This document shows positions 41,408-50,840 of a stretch of DNA of 64,000 nucleotides, one piece after another. Below the pieces are notes generated by a model that had not been told where the DNA came from, did not search any database, and saw only the letters and a program-made list of their open reading frames with translations. The first letter of the stretch is position 1. Each line of letters opens with the position of its first letter. The position numbers were made by a program, and so were the translations under genes. Origin of the DNA: Oscillospiraceae bacterium (GTDB lineage: Bacteria; Bacillota; Clostridia; Oscillospirales; Ruminococcaceae); the NCBI GenBank assembly GCA_029266315.1, contig JAQSXA010000010.1, positions 37,398 through 101,397 of the forward strand, in the 5' to 3' direction.

Positions 41408-42403
41408 ATGAAAAAGCTATTGCTTCTCACAACGGGCGGCACTATTGCCTCAACCCCATCGGAAGATGGCCTGCGCCCTACGGCTCACGGCGCGGGACTG
41501 CTGGAGCTGGCCGGCCCACTAACCTATGATGTAACGATACGCGACCTGCTCACCCTTGATTCTTCCAATATTCAGCCCGAGGAATGGCAGCTCATTGCCC
41601 GCACCGTATTTGAGCAGCGCGGAGAATTTGATGGCATTATCATTACCCATGGCACTGACACCATGGCCTATACGGCCTCAATGCTGAGCTTCATGCTGCC
41701 GAATATTGATTTGCCGGTGGTACTTACCGGCAGCCAATTGCCGATTTTTCATCCCCTTTCTGATGCGCCGGACAACCTTCGTACCGCTTTTGCCATGGCA
41801 GCCAGCGACGTCCCCGGCGTTTTTGTGGCGTTTGACCGCAATGTACTATTGGGCTGTCGTGCAGTCAAGGTTCGCACCACCGGTTTTAATGCTTTCGACA
41901 GCGTCAACCTGCCTCCAGTGGCGCAAGTCAGCTCGGATGGGCTTGTTATAAATTCTCATTTGCTTCCTGTTCAAAGCGCGCCCTGCACGCTGGCCGATCA
42001 AGTAGATAGTCGAGTGGCGTTATTTAAGCTGATTCCTGGGCTGGACCCGCGTTTTCTCGAAGCGCTTCCACAACTCGACTGCCACGGCGTGGTGCTTGAG
42101 GCGTTTGGCTCGGGTGGGCTGGCCTTTTTGCGCCGCGACCTTGTGACGGCGCTCGAGCATCTAGTTGAACTCGGCATGTCAGTTGTGGTGTGCAGCCAAT
42201 GCCTGTATGAGCGCAGCGACATGACCACCTACGAAGTGGGTAGGCGTGCGCTGCAAAAAGGGGTTATCCCCGGGGGCGATATGACTACGGAGGCAGCCGT
42301 CACCAAGCTGATGTGGGCTCTGGCCAATACTACCTCGCCCAAGGAGGTCTCAGCGCTGTTTGCCAAGAACCTCACCGGCGAAATCAGCGTGCGGCAAAAC
42401 TAG
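41408..42403 (+). CDS. ansA: Type I L-asparaginase
   Basis: Active-site motifs are LLTTGGTIAS and ITHGTDTMAY. At 331 aa with no signal peptide, it fits a cytoplasmic type I enzyme. Confidence 0.9.
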   Translation: MKKLLLLTTGGTIASTPSEDGLRPTAHGAGLLELAGPLTYDVTIRDLLTLDSSNIQPEEWQLIARTVFEQRGEFDGIIITHGTDTMAYTASMLSFMLPNIDLPVVLTGSQLPIFHPLSDAPDNLRTAFAMAASDVPGVFVAFDRNVLLGCRAVKVRTTGFNAFDSVNLPPVAQVSSDGLVINSHLLPVQSAPCTLADQVDSRVALFKLIPGLDPRFLEALPQLDCHGVVLEAFGSGGLAFLRRDLVTALEHLVELGMSVVVCSQCLYERSDMTTYEVGRRALQKGVIPGGDMTTEAAVTKLMWALANTTSPKEVSALFAKNLTGEISVRQN

Positions 42404-42491
42404 GAATACCACTGTGTGTGCAGTCGGTCGGCACCTACCGTCTTTTATTAGTCATTATACTAGAAGCATTAGAATAAAACTTATACTTGCG

Positions 42492-42515
42492 AATATGACA
42501 TACTGCCGTCATATT
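42492..42515. promoter_or_regulatory. Perfect inverted repeat AATATGAC-N8-GTCATATT upstream of the clbS-like gene
   Basis: Arms at 42492-42499 and 42508-42515. A TATAAT hexamer follows at 42524-42529. Confidence 0.35.
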
Positions 42516-42573
42516 TAGGTAGATATAATCATCCTCAGAGAAACCTCACTATAGAATTTGGATGGTGATATGT

Positions 42574-43095
42574 ATGCAGGCCTATTCGGGTAAAAAAGCC
42601 CTTATTGCCGAAGTCGAAAACACAGCCGCTCTATTCATTGCAGAATTCAGCGGCATTGAGGAAGCAGATAAGAACCTGCGCTTTGACGGCGTTGACCGCA
42701 CGCCGCAGGAGATGCTTGCTTATCAGCTAGGCTGGATGCACTTGTTGTTAGACTGGGAGCACGACGAGCAGCAGGGTAACATTGTCATTACGCCTGCGCC
42801 CGGCTATAAGTGGAATCAGCTGGGCGGGCTGTATCAAAGCTTTTATGACCACTATCGGGAAGCTTCACTGTCGGTGCTAAAGGAAGCGTTTACCGCGACA
42901 GTTTTTGAAGTGACGTCTTGGATAAGCAGCCTCGAAGAGTCGGATTTGTTCACGCCCGGTACTAGAAAGTGGGCAGCGTCGACGCCTTCTAACTGGCCTG
43001 TCTGGAAGTGGATTCATATCAACACTGTTGCGCCTTTTAAATCTTTTCGCAGTAAAATACGTAAGTGGAAAAAGGCGCGCGTCAGCAATTCCTAG
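42574..43095 (+). CDS. ClbS/DfsB family four-helix-bundle protein (DUF1706)
   Basis: 173 aa. SGKKALIAEVENTAALFIAEF...RTPQEMLAYQLGWMHLLLDWEHDEQQG...YQSFYDHY resembles the ClbS/DfsB family. I prefer start ATG 42574 over 42562. Confidence 0.65.
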   Translation: MQAYSGKKALIAEVENTAALFIAEFSGIEEADKNLRFDGVDRTPQEMLAYQLGWMHLLLDWEHDEQQGNIVITPAPGYKWNQLGGLYQSFYDHYREASLSVLKEAFTATVFEVTSWISSLEESDLFTPGTRKWAASTPSNWPVWKWIHINTVAPFKSFRSKIRKWKKARVSNS

Positions 43096-43180
43096 TCTTC
43101 AAAATCTTGCTGGCAATAGAGCTCTCAGTAAAATTTGATTCAATGCACATTTTACTTTTTAGTGCCTCTTATTTACATGC

Positions 43181-43220
43181 AAAGCAGCCCGCCAATCTTA
43201 CCGATTGGCGGGCTGCTTTT
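43181..43220. terminator. Bidirectional intrinsic terminator
   Basis: Perfect 17-bp stem aaagcagcccgccaatc / gattggcgggctgcttt with a 5-nt loop. It lies between convergent genes. Confidence 0.85.
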
Positions 43221-43225
43221 AACTT

Positions 43226-43924
43226 TTATCTGCCTAGATAGGCTTTTTTAACCTCTTCATCCGCCAACAACTTTTTACCCTCACCGGACATTGTGATGCG
43301 TCCTGTTTCAAGTACATAACCATAGTCAGCGGTGTGTAACGCCATGTTGGCATTTTGCTCAATTAAAAGAATCGTCATACCCTGACGGTTAATCTCCTTG
43401 ATAATATCAAAGATACCGCGCACGATAATAGGCGCCAAGCCCAATGACGGTTCGTCCATCATCAACACCTTTGGACGACTCATAAGTGCGCGAGCCACCG
43501 CCAACATCTGCTGCTCACCGCCAGAAAGGGTACCAGCCGCCTGCCAATGGCGCTCCTTTAGGCGTGGGAATAGATCGTACACCCATGCGATGTCGTCATC
43601 CAATTTGTCATGCCGCAGGTAAGCACCGATCTTGATGTTTTCCAACACAGTTAAATCAGCAAAAACACGTCGACCCTCAGGTACCAGCGTAACACCTTTC
43701 GACACAATCGCTTCAGTGGGCAGGCCGCTGATTTTCTCATTCAAAAACGTAATTTCGCCACTCTTAATCGGCACAAGGCCCGCGATGGCGCGCAGCGTGG
43801 TGCTTTTGCCCGCACCGTTGGCGCCGATAAGCGTCACAATGCTCTTTTCGGGAACATCAAACGAGATGCCCTTAACAGCCTCTATGCCGCCGTAGTTAAC
43901 CTTTAAATCATTGACCTTAATCAT
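43226..43924 (-). CDS. livF: Branched-chain amino acid ABC transporter ATP-binding protein LivF
   Basis: Walker A GANGAGKST, signature LSGGEQQMLAVARAL and Walker B LMMDEPSLGLAP. Confidence 0.9.
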   Translation of the reverse strand: MIKVNDLKVNYGGIEAVKGISFDVPEKSIVTLIGANGAGKSTTLRAIAGLVPIKSGEITFLNEKISGLPTEAIVSKGVTLVPEGRRVFADLTVLENIKIGAYLRHDKLDDDIAWVYDLFPRLKERHWQAAGTLSGGEQQMLAVARALMSRPKVLMMDEPSLGLAPIIVRGIFDIIKEINRQGMTILLIEQNANMALHTADYGYVLETGRITMSGEGKKLLADEEVKKAYLGR

Positions 43925-44759
43925 CGGCCGCCACCCCCAGATACGCCTCTATAACGCGTGTGTTGTTTTGAATTTCGCTCGGCGTACCAGAAGCGATCGT
44001 CTTGCCAAAATCCAGCACGTAGATGCGGTCTGAGATGCGCATGACCAGATCCATGTGATGCTCAATCATAAAAACCGTTAGGCCAAAATCATCCCGAATC
44101 TGCTTGATAAAATCAGTCAGCTCCTCGGTTTCCTGCGGGTTCATGCCGGCGGCTGGCTCGTCGAGAAGCAGCAGTGCAGGCTCGGTGGCCAATGCGCGCG
44201 CGATTTCAAGACGGCGCTGTTTGCCATAGGGCAGGTTGTTGGCCTTCTCATCCTTTAAATCCTCAAGGCCAAGGATTTGAAGCAGTTCCAACGTTCTTTT
44301 ACGCGTAGCTTCCTCTTCGGCGCGGTTCAAGCGTAGTGTGGCGGAAAGCACACCGGCCTTTGACCGCATATGCCGTGCGATCAGCACGTTTTCAAAAACA
44401 GTCAGATTTTTAAATAATCGAATGTTCTGAAAGGTTCTGGCGACACCCAGTTGCGTGATTGCATCAGGCGTTTTAACCATTGCCCGACTGAACTTATCGG
44501 CATCGCTTCCCTGATAAAGTTTTTTCATCGCACCCTGTGGATGGTTTGAAACAATCAATTCGCCGTTAAAATGGATTGCACCGTTGGTTGGGGTGTAAAC
44601 GCCGGTAATCACGTTAAAGGCGGTGGTTTTGCCCGCGCCATTGGGGCCGATGAGCGCGACAATCTCGCCGCGGTTAATCTCCAGCGAGAGGTCGTTGACA
44701 GCTACAACGCCGCCAAACTGCATCGTAACATTTTCTAAACGCAATACATTGTTATTCAT
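43917..44759 (-). CDS. livG: Branched-chain amino acid ABC transporter ATP-binding protein LivG
   Basis: Walker A GPNGAGKTT, LPYGKQRRLEIARAL and LLLDEPAAGMNP. ATG 44759 overlaps the livM stop by 8 nt. Confidence 0.9.
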   Translation of the reverse strand: MNNNVLRLENVTMQFGGVVAVNDLSLEINRGEIVALIGPNGAGKTTAFNVITGVYTPTNGAIHFNGELIVSNHPQGAMKKLYQGSDADKFSRAMVKTPDAITQLGVARTFQNIRLFKNLTVFENVLIARHMRSKAGVLSATLRLNRAEEEATRKRTLELLQILGLEDLKDEKANNLPYGKQRRLEIARALATEPALLLLDEPAAGMNPQETEELTDFIKQIRDDFGLTVFMIEHHMDLVMRISDRIYVLDFGKTIASGTPSEIQNNTRVIEAYLGVAADD

Positions 44760-45831
44760 GTGCCGCACCGCCCTTCGCCTTTTTTGCAAACGGCTTTTTA
44801 AAGAAGCCAATCAAGCCTTCCCACGAGAATTCGCGGTCGCCCATTATGCCTTGGCGGTAGAACAACACAACGCACATGATGATAACCGAGAACACCACCT
44901 TGCGAAAGCCTGAACGCAGCAACGGCAGATGGAATCCATTGATGACTGTCTCGGCGTCGAGAAAGCGCAGCCACCACTCGCTGCAGGCAATGAACAAGAA
45001 AGATGAGATGCAGCTGCCGGTGACCGAACCGATACCGCCTAAAACTACGATAAGCAGAATCTCATAGGTCATGGCCGACTTAAAGGCTGAAGCCTGAACG
45101 GTGGTTTGATACATCGCCAGTAACGCACCGCTGACACCCGCAAAGAATGAGCTGATGACAAACGAGAGCATTTTATGCTTGAACAGGTTGATGCCCATGG
45201 CCTCGGCGGCAATTTCATCCTCACGGATTGCTTTGAAGGCCCGGCCGAATGAAGAGTTGATAAGCATTACAATCAGCGCAATGCAGATGCCGGACACTGC
45301 AAACGGGAACAGCACCGACGAAAACGCCGGAAATTTGCGCAATAAATTTGAGCCGTTGGTGATAGGACCTAGCTTATCCCACTGGAAGATAGCACGAATA
45401 ATTTCAGCAAAGCCTAGCGTGGCAATAGCAAGGTAATCGCCCTTTAATCGCAGTACAGGTAGACCGATAAAAAACGCAAATACCGCCGCTGCTAGTCCAG
45501 CTAAAACCAACGCCACCGGTACCGGGAGTGCAAACTGGATGATACCGCCCTTAAAATATTGATAAACCTGCGCTCTAGCCTGCGGGGGGATGGTAAAAAT
45601 CGCATATGTATAAGCGCCGATGAGCATGAAGCCGGCCTGCCCGAGCGAGAACAACCCGGTAAAGCCGTTCAAAAGGTTCATCGAGACAGCTACCAGCGCG
45701 TAGATGGCACCTTTTTTAAGCACCGTGAACAGCATTGAGGTGGTAGGCATCGTACGCTCCAGCAAAAACAGGAACACAAACAGTGCCGCCACAGCGATAA
45801 GGGAATAAACGCTTTTAGTCTTTTTATCCAT
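44752..45831 (-). CDS. livM: Branched-chain amino acid ABC transporter permease LivM
   Basis: Polytopic permease of the HAAT family. ATG 45831 lies 5 nt after AGGTGG (the track's GTG 45840 abuts the livH stop). Confidence 0.88.
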   Translation of the reverse strand: MDKKTKSVYSLIAVAALFVFLFLLERTMPTTSMLFTVLKKGAIYALVAVSMNLLNGFTGLFSLGQAGFMLIGAYTYAIFTIPPQARAQVYQYFKGGIIQFALPVPVALVLAGLAAAVFAFFIGLPVLRLKGDYLAIATLGFAEIIRAIFQWDKLGPITNGSNLLRKFPAFSSVLFPFAVSGICIALIVMLINSSFGRAFKAIREDEIAAEAMGINLFKHKMLSFVISSFFAGVSGALLAMYQTTVQASAFKSAMTYEILLIVVLGGIGSVTGSCISSFLFIACSEWWLRFLDAETVINGFHLPLLRSGFRKVVFSVIIMCVVLFYRQGIMGDREFSWEGLIGFFKKPFAKKAKGGAAHE

Positions 45832-45840
45832 GGCAGCCAC

Positions 45841-46725
45841 CTAAACCTTATCCGTCGTTTTTTCACCGAACAATCCTGTGGGCTTCGCCACAAGGATAAC
45901 GATGAGTAGTGCAAAGGTGAAAGCATCCGAGAAGGTGGTCCAGCCAGCACCTTTGATCATGCTTTCGCAGATGCCAATGATAAACGCGCCAACAACAGCG
46001 CCGGGAATGGACCCAATACCGCCAAATACTGCGGCGACAAACGCTTTGAGGCCCGGCATTGCGCCCGCCGTGGGTACGACACCGGTATAATTTGAAAAGT
46101 AAAGCAGTGAACCCACACCGGCCAACAGCGAGCCGATAATAAAAGTCGTGCTGATGACGCTGTTAATCTTAATACCCATCAGACGCGCGGTTTCAAAATC
46201 GCGCGAGACAGCGCGCATCGCCATGCCAATTTTAGTGTATTTAATTAGCATGACCAGCGCGATTACCAATATAATGGTGAGCACCGGAGTGATCACGGTG
46301 ACCCGTTTGGTGGTCGCCGTACCAATGTTTATAATATCGCTTATCCACGGGATAGACGGGTATTGCTTAGCTAAGCCGCCCGTGACATAAAGCGCCATAT
46401 TCTGAAGCAGATAAGAAACGCCAATGGCAGAAATCATAATGGACATGCGCGGCGCGCTGCGCAGCGGCTTATAGGCCACACGCTCGATGACAAAACCGAG
46501 CAAAACAGTAAGCGCCAATACCAGCGGTATGGCGGCATATAGCGGCATAGCAGAGGAGAGATAGACCATCATTAGGCCAGCCACCATAAAAATATCGCCG
46601 TGCGCAAAGTTGATCAGGCGCAAAATACCGTAGACCATCGTATACCCGATGGCAATCAGCGCGTATTGCCCGCCAACCGAGATTCCCGCCAATATGTACG
46701 GCAGATTCTCGTTTAAAAATTTCAT
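45841..46725 (-). CDS. livH: Branched-chain amino acid ABC transporter permease LivH
   Basis: MKFLNENLPYILAGISVGGQYALIAIGYTMVYGILRLINFAHGD is the typical LivH N-terminus. I use start ATG 46725. Confidence 0.9.
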   Translation of the reverse strand: MKFLNENLPYILAGISVGGQYALIAIGYTMVYGILRLINFAHGDIFMVAGLMMVYLSSAMPLYAAIPLVLALTVLLGFVIERVAYKPLRSAPRMSIMISAIGVSYLLQNMALYVTGGLAKQYPSIPWISDIINIGTATTKRVTVITPVLTIILVIALVMLIKYTKIGMAMRAVSRDFETARLMGIKINSVISTTFIIGSLLAGVGSLLYFSNYTGVVPTAGAMPGLKAFVAAVFGGIGSIPGAVVGAFIIGICESMIKGAGWTTFSDAFTFALLIVILVAKPTGLFGEKTTDKV

Positions 46726-46831
46726 CTTCCGGAACCCCCACATAATACAAAGTTTGGCGGGAACAGATATGCAGATATTTGCCCCCGCCAATCTTATTTT
46801 CTTTTTAGGCGTCTTTCTTGTGACTTAAAGC

Positions 46832-48067
46832 TTACTTAACGCCCTGAATCGCGACAAATTCCCACTTGCCGGTTTCGGTGTTAACCTTCTTGACAAAGGC
46901 TGCGTCGCGGACAGCGTCGCCGGTCTCATTGAAGACAATTCTGCCGGAAATACCGGTGTAATCGACCTTCCACAATGCTTCATTCACAGCCTTGGGGTCG
47001 GCAGAGCCGGCAGCCTTGATGGCCTCAAGCGCGGTGAAGTAAGCGTCGTAGCCCATAGCGGAAACCGCCGCGATGGTGTCGTCGCCGCCGTTGTTAGAAA
47101 GGTTGGTGGGGTTCGCTTTAATCCACTCTTTAATGCCCTTGACGAATTTTGCACCCTGCTCGTCATCGGTTCCCTCATCAAAGAAGGTAGTGACATAGAG
47201 GTCGGTTTTGGTGCCCTTTGCAGAGTTGAGGATAACGTTAGAGTCCCAAGTGTCGCCCGCCATCACCGGGATGCCCAGGCTCTGCGCATTGGCCTGCTCA
47301 ATGATAAGCGCCGCAGCCTCGGTAGAAACAGGCGCGAAGAAAACGTCAGCGCCCTCGTTCTTAGCCTTGGTCAGATAGGGGGTGAAATCGCTGTTGCCCT
47401 CGGGGAACGTCTCGGAGATAACCTTGCCGCCCAGAGACTCAAATGCCTGCTGGAAGTAGTAGCACAGGCCTACCGAATAGTCGTCGCCAAGCTTAGCGAG
47501 GCAATAGGCGGTTTTGGCCGAGAAATTTTCAGCGGCAAAGTTCGCCAGAACGGTGCCCTGGAACGGATCGAGGAAGCAAATGCGGAAGTAATGTGTATTG
47601 CCCTCGGTAACCTGCGGGTTGGTGCAGGTGATGCCGATGACCGGAATGCCAGCGTTGGCAAACACGTCGGAAGCGGCGATGGAAACGCCCGAACCATAGG
47701 AACCCAGCGCGATGGATACACCGGAGCTGACCAGCGAAGCGGCAGCCGACGGGCCCTTGTCGTTAGAGGACTCGTTATCGACGATTACAAGCTCGACCTT
47801 ATAGTCTTTACCGCCGACGTTGACAGTGTTGACCAGACTGTTTGCATACTGGATGCCCAGCGTCTCCTGCTTGCCACCCGCGCCGTTGTCGCCAGAGGCA
47901 GGTTCGTATACGCCAATTTTAATGACATCGGCAGCAGCGTCGCCCGAAGAAGACGGAGCAGCAGAGGAACCCGGAGCAGCTGGAGCAGCCGAAGAAGCGG
48001 AACCACCGCATGCAGTTAGAGCCAGCAGCAGTGCGAGTACCAGTGACAGCGCTATAACCTTTTTCAT
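46832..48067 (-). CDS. Branched-chain amino acid ABC transporter substrate-binding lipoprotein (copy 1)
   Basis: The lipobox is LLLALTACGG, followed by a Ser/Ala/Pro linker and a Peripla_BP_6-like core. AAGGAG precedes the ATG. Composition is GC-rich, like the neighbouring liv genes. Confidence 0.88.
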   Translation of the reverse strand: MKKVIALSLVLALLLALTACGGSASSAAPAAPGSSAAPSSSGDAAADVIKIGVYEPASGDNGAGGKQETLGIQYANSLVNTVNVGGKDYKVELVIVDNESSNDKGPSAAASLVSSGVSIALGSYGSGVSIAASDVFANAGIPVIGITCTNPQVTEGNTHYFRICFLDPFQGTVLANFAAENFSAKTAYCLAKLGDDYSVGLCYYFQQAFESLGGKVISETFPEGNSDFTPYLTKAKNEGADVFFAPVSTEAAALIIEQANAQSLGIPVMAGDTWDSNVILNSAKGTKTDLYVTTFFDEGTDDEQGAKFVKGIKEWIKANPTNLSNNGGDDTIAAVSAMGYDAYFTALEAIKAAGSADPKAVNEALWKVDYTGISGRIVFNETGDAVRDAAFVKKVNTETGKWEFVAIQGVK

Positions 48068-48141
48068 TACAATTCTCCTTTAAATTAAGGATACCCTCAT
48101 TTTTATGCAGGGCTGCGGAATAATTCTCCCGCTGAGATACA

Positions 48142-48170
48142 ATTATACGCGTCCACAGTACAGATTTCAA
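48142..48170 (-). promoter_or_regulatory. Promoter TTGAAA-17-TATAAT for liv SBP copy 1 and the downstream livHMGF
   Basis: Reverse strand reads TTGAAA tctgtactgtggacgcg TATAAT. The leader is about 65 nt. Confidence 0.6.
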
Positions 48171-48239
48171 TAGAAAAGCGCTTATTTTAGCTGAATGTAC
48201 ATTTCTTCTAATTATAGGTGATTTTATGTTTTTGAATGG

Positions 48240-48261
48240 CGGATTGTATGGTAAATATGAC
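48240..48261. repeat. Conserved 22-nt element CGGATTGTATGGTAAATATGAC (copy A) upstream of SBP copy 1
   Basis: 20 of 22 nt are identical to 49916-49937. It lies about 70-90 bp upstream of the predicted -35. Confidence 0.5.
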
Positions 48262-48552
48262 GGATTTGCAGCTAGAACTGTCATTTCCTCACTCAATCTA
48301 CAATAATTGACTATATGTGGTAAATATTTTAAAAGTATCGACTAGAACTGGTGACTCAATATGCATTTATTTCCCTGTATTAGGGCAGGTAAACCACATT
48401 TTTTGACAATGTAACGTTTGCCTTTATACATAAGCTGTCGCTCCACCGTAGAATACATTGCCAGCCACTGGATGCTCAGCCGAAAAGTCATCCCTAATTC
48501 ACCTCATATTGAGGTAAGTGCCCCGCCGAGCCTATCTCCTTTCAAGGTTTCG

Positions 48553-49770
48553 TTATGGTATTTTGTTTGCTGGTTCATACTTTTCACCTAAAACTTCCCA
48601 CTCGCCGGTTTTAGTATTCACCTTTTTTATGAAGGCCACATTGCGTATTATGTTCCCGGTTTCGTCAAATGCTATGGGTCCTGATATACCCTCGAAATTC
48701 ACCTTCCAGAGCGCCTCATTAATTGCTTTGGGATCCGTTGAATTGGCAGACTTTATAGCCTCGATGATGGTAAAGTAAGCGTCATATGCCATTACAGAAA
48801 CTGGTACAATAGTGTCATTTCCGCCGTTATTAGCGATGTTGGCAGATCTGGAATTGATCCATTTCTTGAAGCCCTTAACAAACTCTGAATTCTGGTCATT
48901 CAGAATTTTCTCATCGAAGTAGGTGGTTACATAGATGTCAAGGTTGGTACCCTTTGCAGCATCAAGGATCGCTTTGGAGTCCCAAGAGTCACCCGCCAAC
49001 AATGGCATAGCAAAATTTTGCGCACTAGCCTGTTTAATGATGTTCTCCGCTGATGGTATTGATAGAGGTGCGAAGAAAACATCTGCACCACTACTTTTGG
49101 CACTATCCAAGTAAGGGCCAAAATCTGTATTACCCTGAAGAAAGGTTGAATAAACCACTCTGCCGCCAAGTGCCTCAAACGCCTTGCGGAAGTAGTAGCA
49201 CAAATCGACCGAATAATTATCACCCAGCTGTGCCAAGCAATAGACCGTCTTGGCCTTTAAACTATTTGCGGCAAAATTTGCAAGTACAGATCCCTGAAAG
49301 GGATCAAGGTAGGTAAGGGTAAAATAATTAGTATTGCCCATAGTAACCTGTGGATTGGTGCAGGTAGCGCAAATTCCAGGGATTCCGGCCTTCGAAAATA
49401 CATCAGAAGCAGCAATGGTGACAGCCGATCCATAAGAACCAATAACTGCGGAAATGCCTAGCCTTACAAGCGAGTCGGCAACCAATGGGCCTCTTTCGGC
49501 GGAAGATTGATTATCAACGATAACAAGCTTAATAGGATAATCCTTGCCGTTAATATTAACGGTGTTAACAAGGCTGTTGGCATACTGGATTCCAAGAGTT
49601 TCCTGCTTTCCGCTCTGGGCATTGTCTCCGGATGCAGGCTCATAAACGCCAATTTTTATAACATCGGCAGAAGTGGAGGCAACGCCTGACGCTGTGGGAG
49701 CAAAACCACCGCATGCGTTTAGTGCCAGCAACAGAGCAACTACGAGCGATAGTGATACAATCTTTTTCAC
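48553..49770 (-). CDS. Branched-chain amino acid ABC transporter substrate-binding lipoprotein (copy 2, divergent AT-richer paralog)
   Basis: The lipobox is LLLALNACGG. GTG 49770 lies 8 nt after GGAGGG. The protein aligns along its full length with copy 1 (for example ADVIKIGVYEPASGDN...GKQETLGIQYANSLVNTVN is identical). Confidence 0.85.
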   Translation of the reverse strand: MKKIVSLSLVVALLLALNACGGFAPTASGVASTSADVIKIGVYEPASGDNAQSGKQETLGIQYANSLVNTVNINGKDYPIKLVIVDNQSSAERGPLVADSLVRLGISAVIGSYGSAVTIAASDVFSKAGIPGICATCTNPQVTMGNTNYFTLTYLDPFQGSVLANFAANSLKAKTVYCLAQLGDNYSVDLCYYFRKAFEALGGRVVYSTFLQGNTDFGPYLDSAKSSGADVFFAPLSIPSAENIIKQASAQNFAMPLLAGDSWDSKAILDAAKGTNLDIYVTTYFDEKILNDQNSEFVKGFKKWINSRSANIANNGGNDTIVPVSVMAYDAYFTIIEAIKSANSTDPKAINEALWKVNFEGISGPIAFDETGNIIRNVAFIKKVNTKTGEWEVLGEKYEPANKIP

Positions 49771-49821
49771 ACAAATACCCTCCACATTCCGAACGCTTGC
49801 ATTTATGAAAATTGTCTTGAG

Positions 49822-49839
49822 ACTGCTTTCGAAAGCAGT
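49822..49839. promoter_or_regulatory. Perfect 18-nt palindrome ACTGCTTTCGAAAGCAGT in the SBP copy 2 upstream region
   Basis: It lies 52 nt upstream of GTG 49770. No counterpart occurs upstream of copy 1. Confidence 0.35.
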
Positions 49840-49915
49840 ACCGATTTTAAATTGACAATATTTTCTCAATCGCGCATCGCAGAATAATTTACATTCTATT
49901 TGTATTTGTGAACAA

Positions 49916-49937
49916 CGGATTGTATGTTAAAAATGAC
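49916..49937. repeat. Conserved 22-nt element CGGATTGTATGTTAAAAATGAC (copy B) upstream of SBP copy 2
   Basis: 20 of 22 nt are identical to 48240-48261, in the same orientation relative to the downstream SBP gene. Confidence 0.5.
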
Positions 49938-49970
49938 AGTTTCACAGTTTCGCTTACTATTTTATCTGAG

Positions 49971-50840
49971 TCATCCAAACACTATTTGATTTTCCGTGAC
50001 AATTTTGATTATGTCATCGGGCAAAGGCGCAGCCAAACACAGCTTTTTTTGGGTTAATGGGTGGGCAAACATCACCTTGGCACAATGCAAAGCTTGTCTT
50101 TGAATACAACCTGTTTCGCCGCCGTAAAATGTATCTCCCAGAAGCGGATGACCAACTGCAGAGAAATGCACACGTATCTGATGCATTCGCCCAGTATGCA
50201 GGATGCATTCCACAACTGTCAGCTTGTTATTTTGCGCCAATACATGGTATTCGGTTCTGGCGGGTTTTCCATCGTCGCGCACCACCTGACGAGGTTCAAA
50301 GGGAGCCTGGCGGGCCAACGGCAATGTAATAAAGCCATGCTGCTCAGAGATTTCGCCCTGCACAACTGCGATATAACGCTTTTCTATCCTTTGCCACAGC
50401 TGTGCCGCTGCAAACTGGTGCTTAGCTGCGACCAGCGCTCCACTGGTATCCTTATCCAACCGGTTCATGGCGCGAAATACGCCATCGACTGTGTTCTCCA
50501 GCGTGTCGGCATAATGCCCGCCGGAACGGTGACACACCAGTCCAGCGGGCTTGTTGTAAACAATAATATCATCGTCCTCATACAGTACTGGCACGAGCTT
50601 GCTGCTTGCTGCTCGCCTGACAGCCGGTTGGGGCAGCGTCACCGTCAGCGTTTCACCTTGTTTTAATATATATGTTGAGCGAACCCGCTGACCTGAAACG
50701 CGAAGCCCCTCTTCGGCTTGCTTGAGCGCAATAATCAACCGTTTGGAATATCCCTCGGCCAATAGGCGCGCCTGCACGCTTTGCCCGTCCTCTACTGCAT
50801 AGTATGAAAATCGACGGACATCTGTCGACGCGTCATTCAT
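49971..50840 (-). CDS. RluA family pseudouridine synthase
   Basis: The catalytic motif is MNRLDKDTSGALV (HRLDxxTSG variant). An N-terminal S4-like region is present. HQIRVH is also present. Confidence 0.88.
   Translation of the reverse strand: MNDASTDVRRFSYYAVEDGQSVQARLLAEGYSKRLIIALKQAEEGLRVSGQRVRSTYILKQGETLTVTLPQPAVRRAASSKLVPVLYEDDDIIVYNKPAGLVCHRSGGHYADTLENTVDGVFRAMNRLDKDTSGALVAAKHQFAAAQLWQRIEKRYIAVVQGEISEQHGFITLPLARQAPFEPRQVVRDDGKPARTEYHVLAQNNKLTVVECILHTGRMHQIRVHFSAVGHPLLGDTFYGGETGCIQRQALHCAKVMFAHPLTQKKLCLAAPLPDDIIKIVTENQIVFG

Noticed and set aside
49822-49839. The 18-nt palindrome as a CodY box
   Set aside because: The CodY consensus AATTTTCWGAAAATT is a 15-nt odd palindrome. This site is even-spaced and lacks the AATTTT arms. 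It is kept only as an unassigned palindrome.
50061-50666. 201-aa plus-strand ORF within the RluA-family gene
   Set aside because: It is an antisense shadow. The opposite strand carries the pseudouridine synthase catalytic motif.
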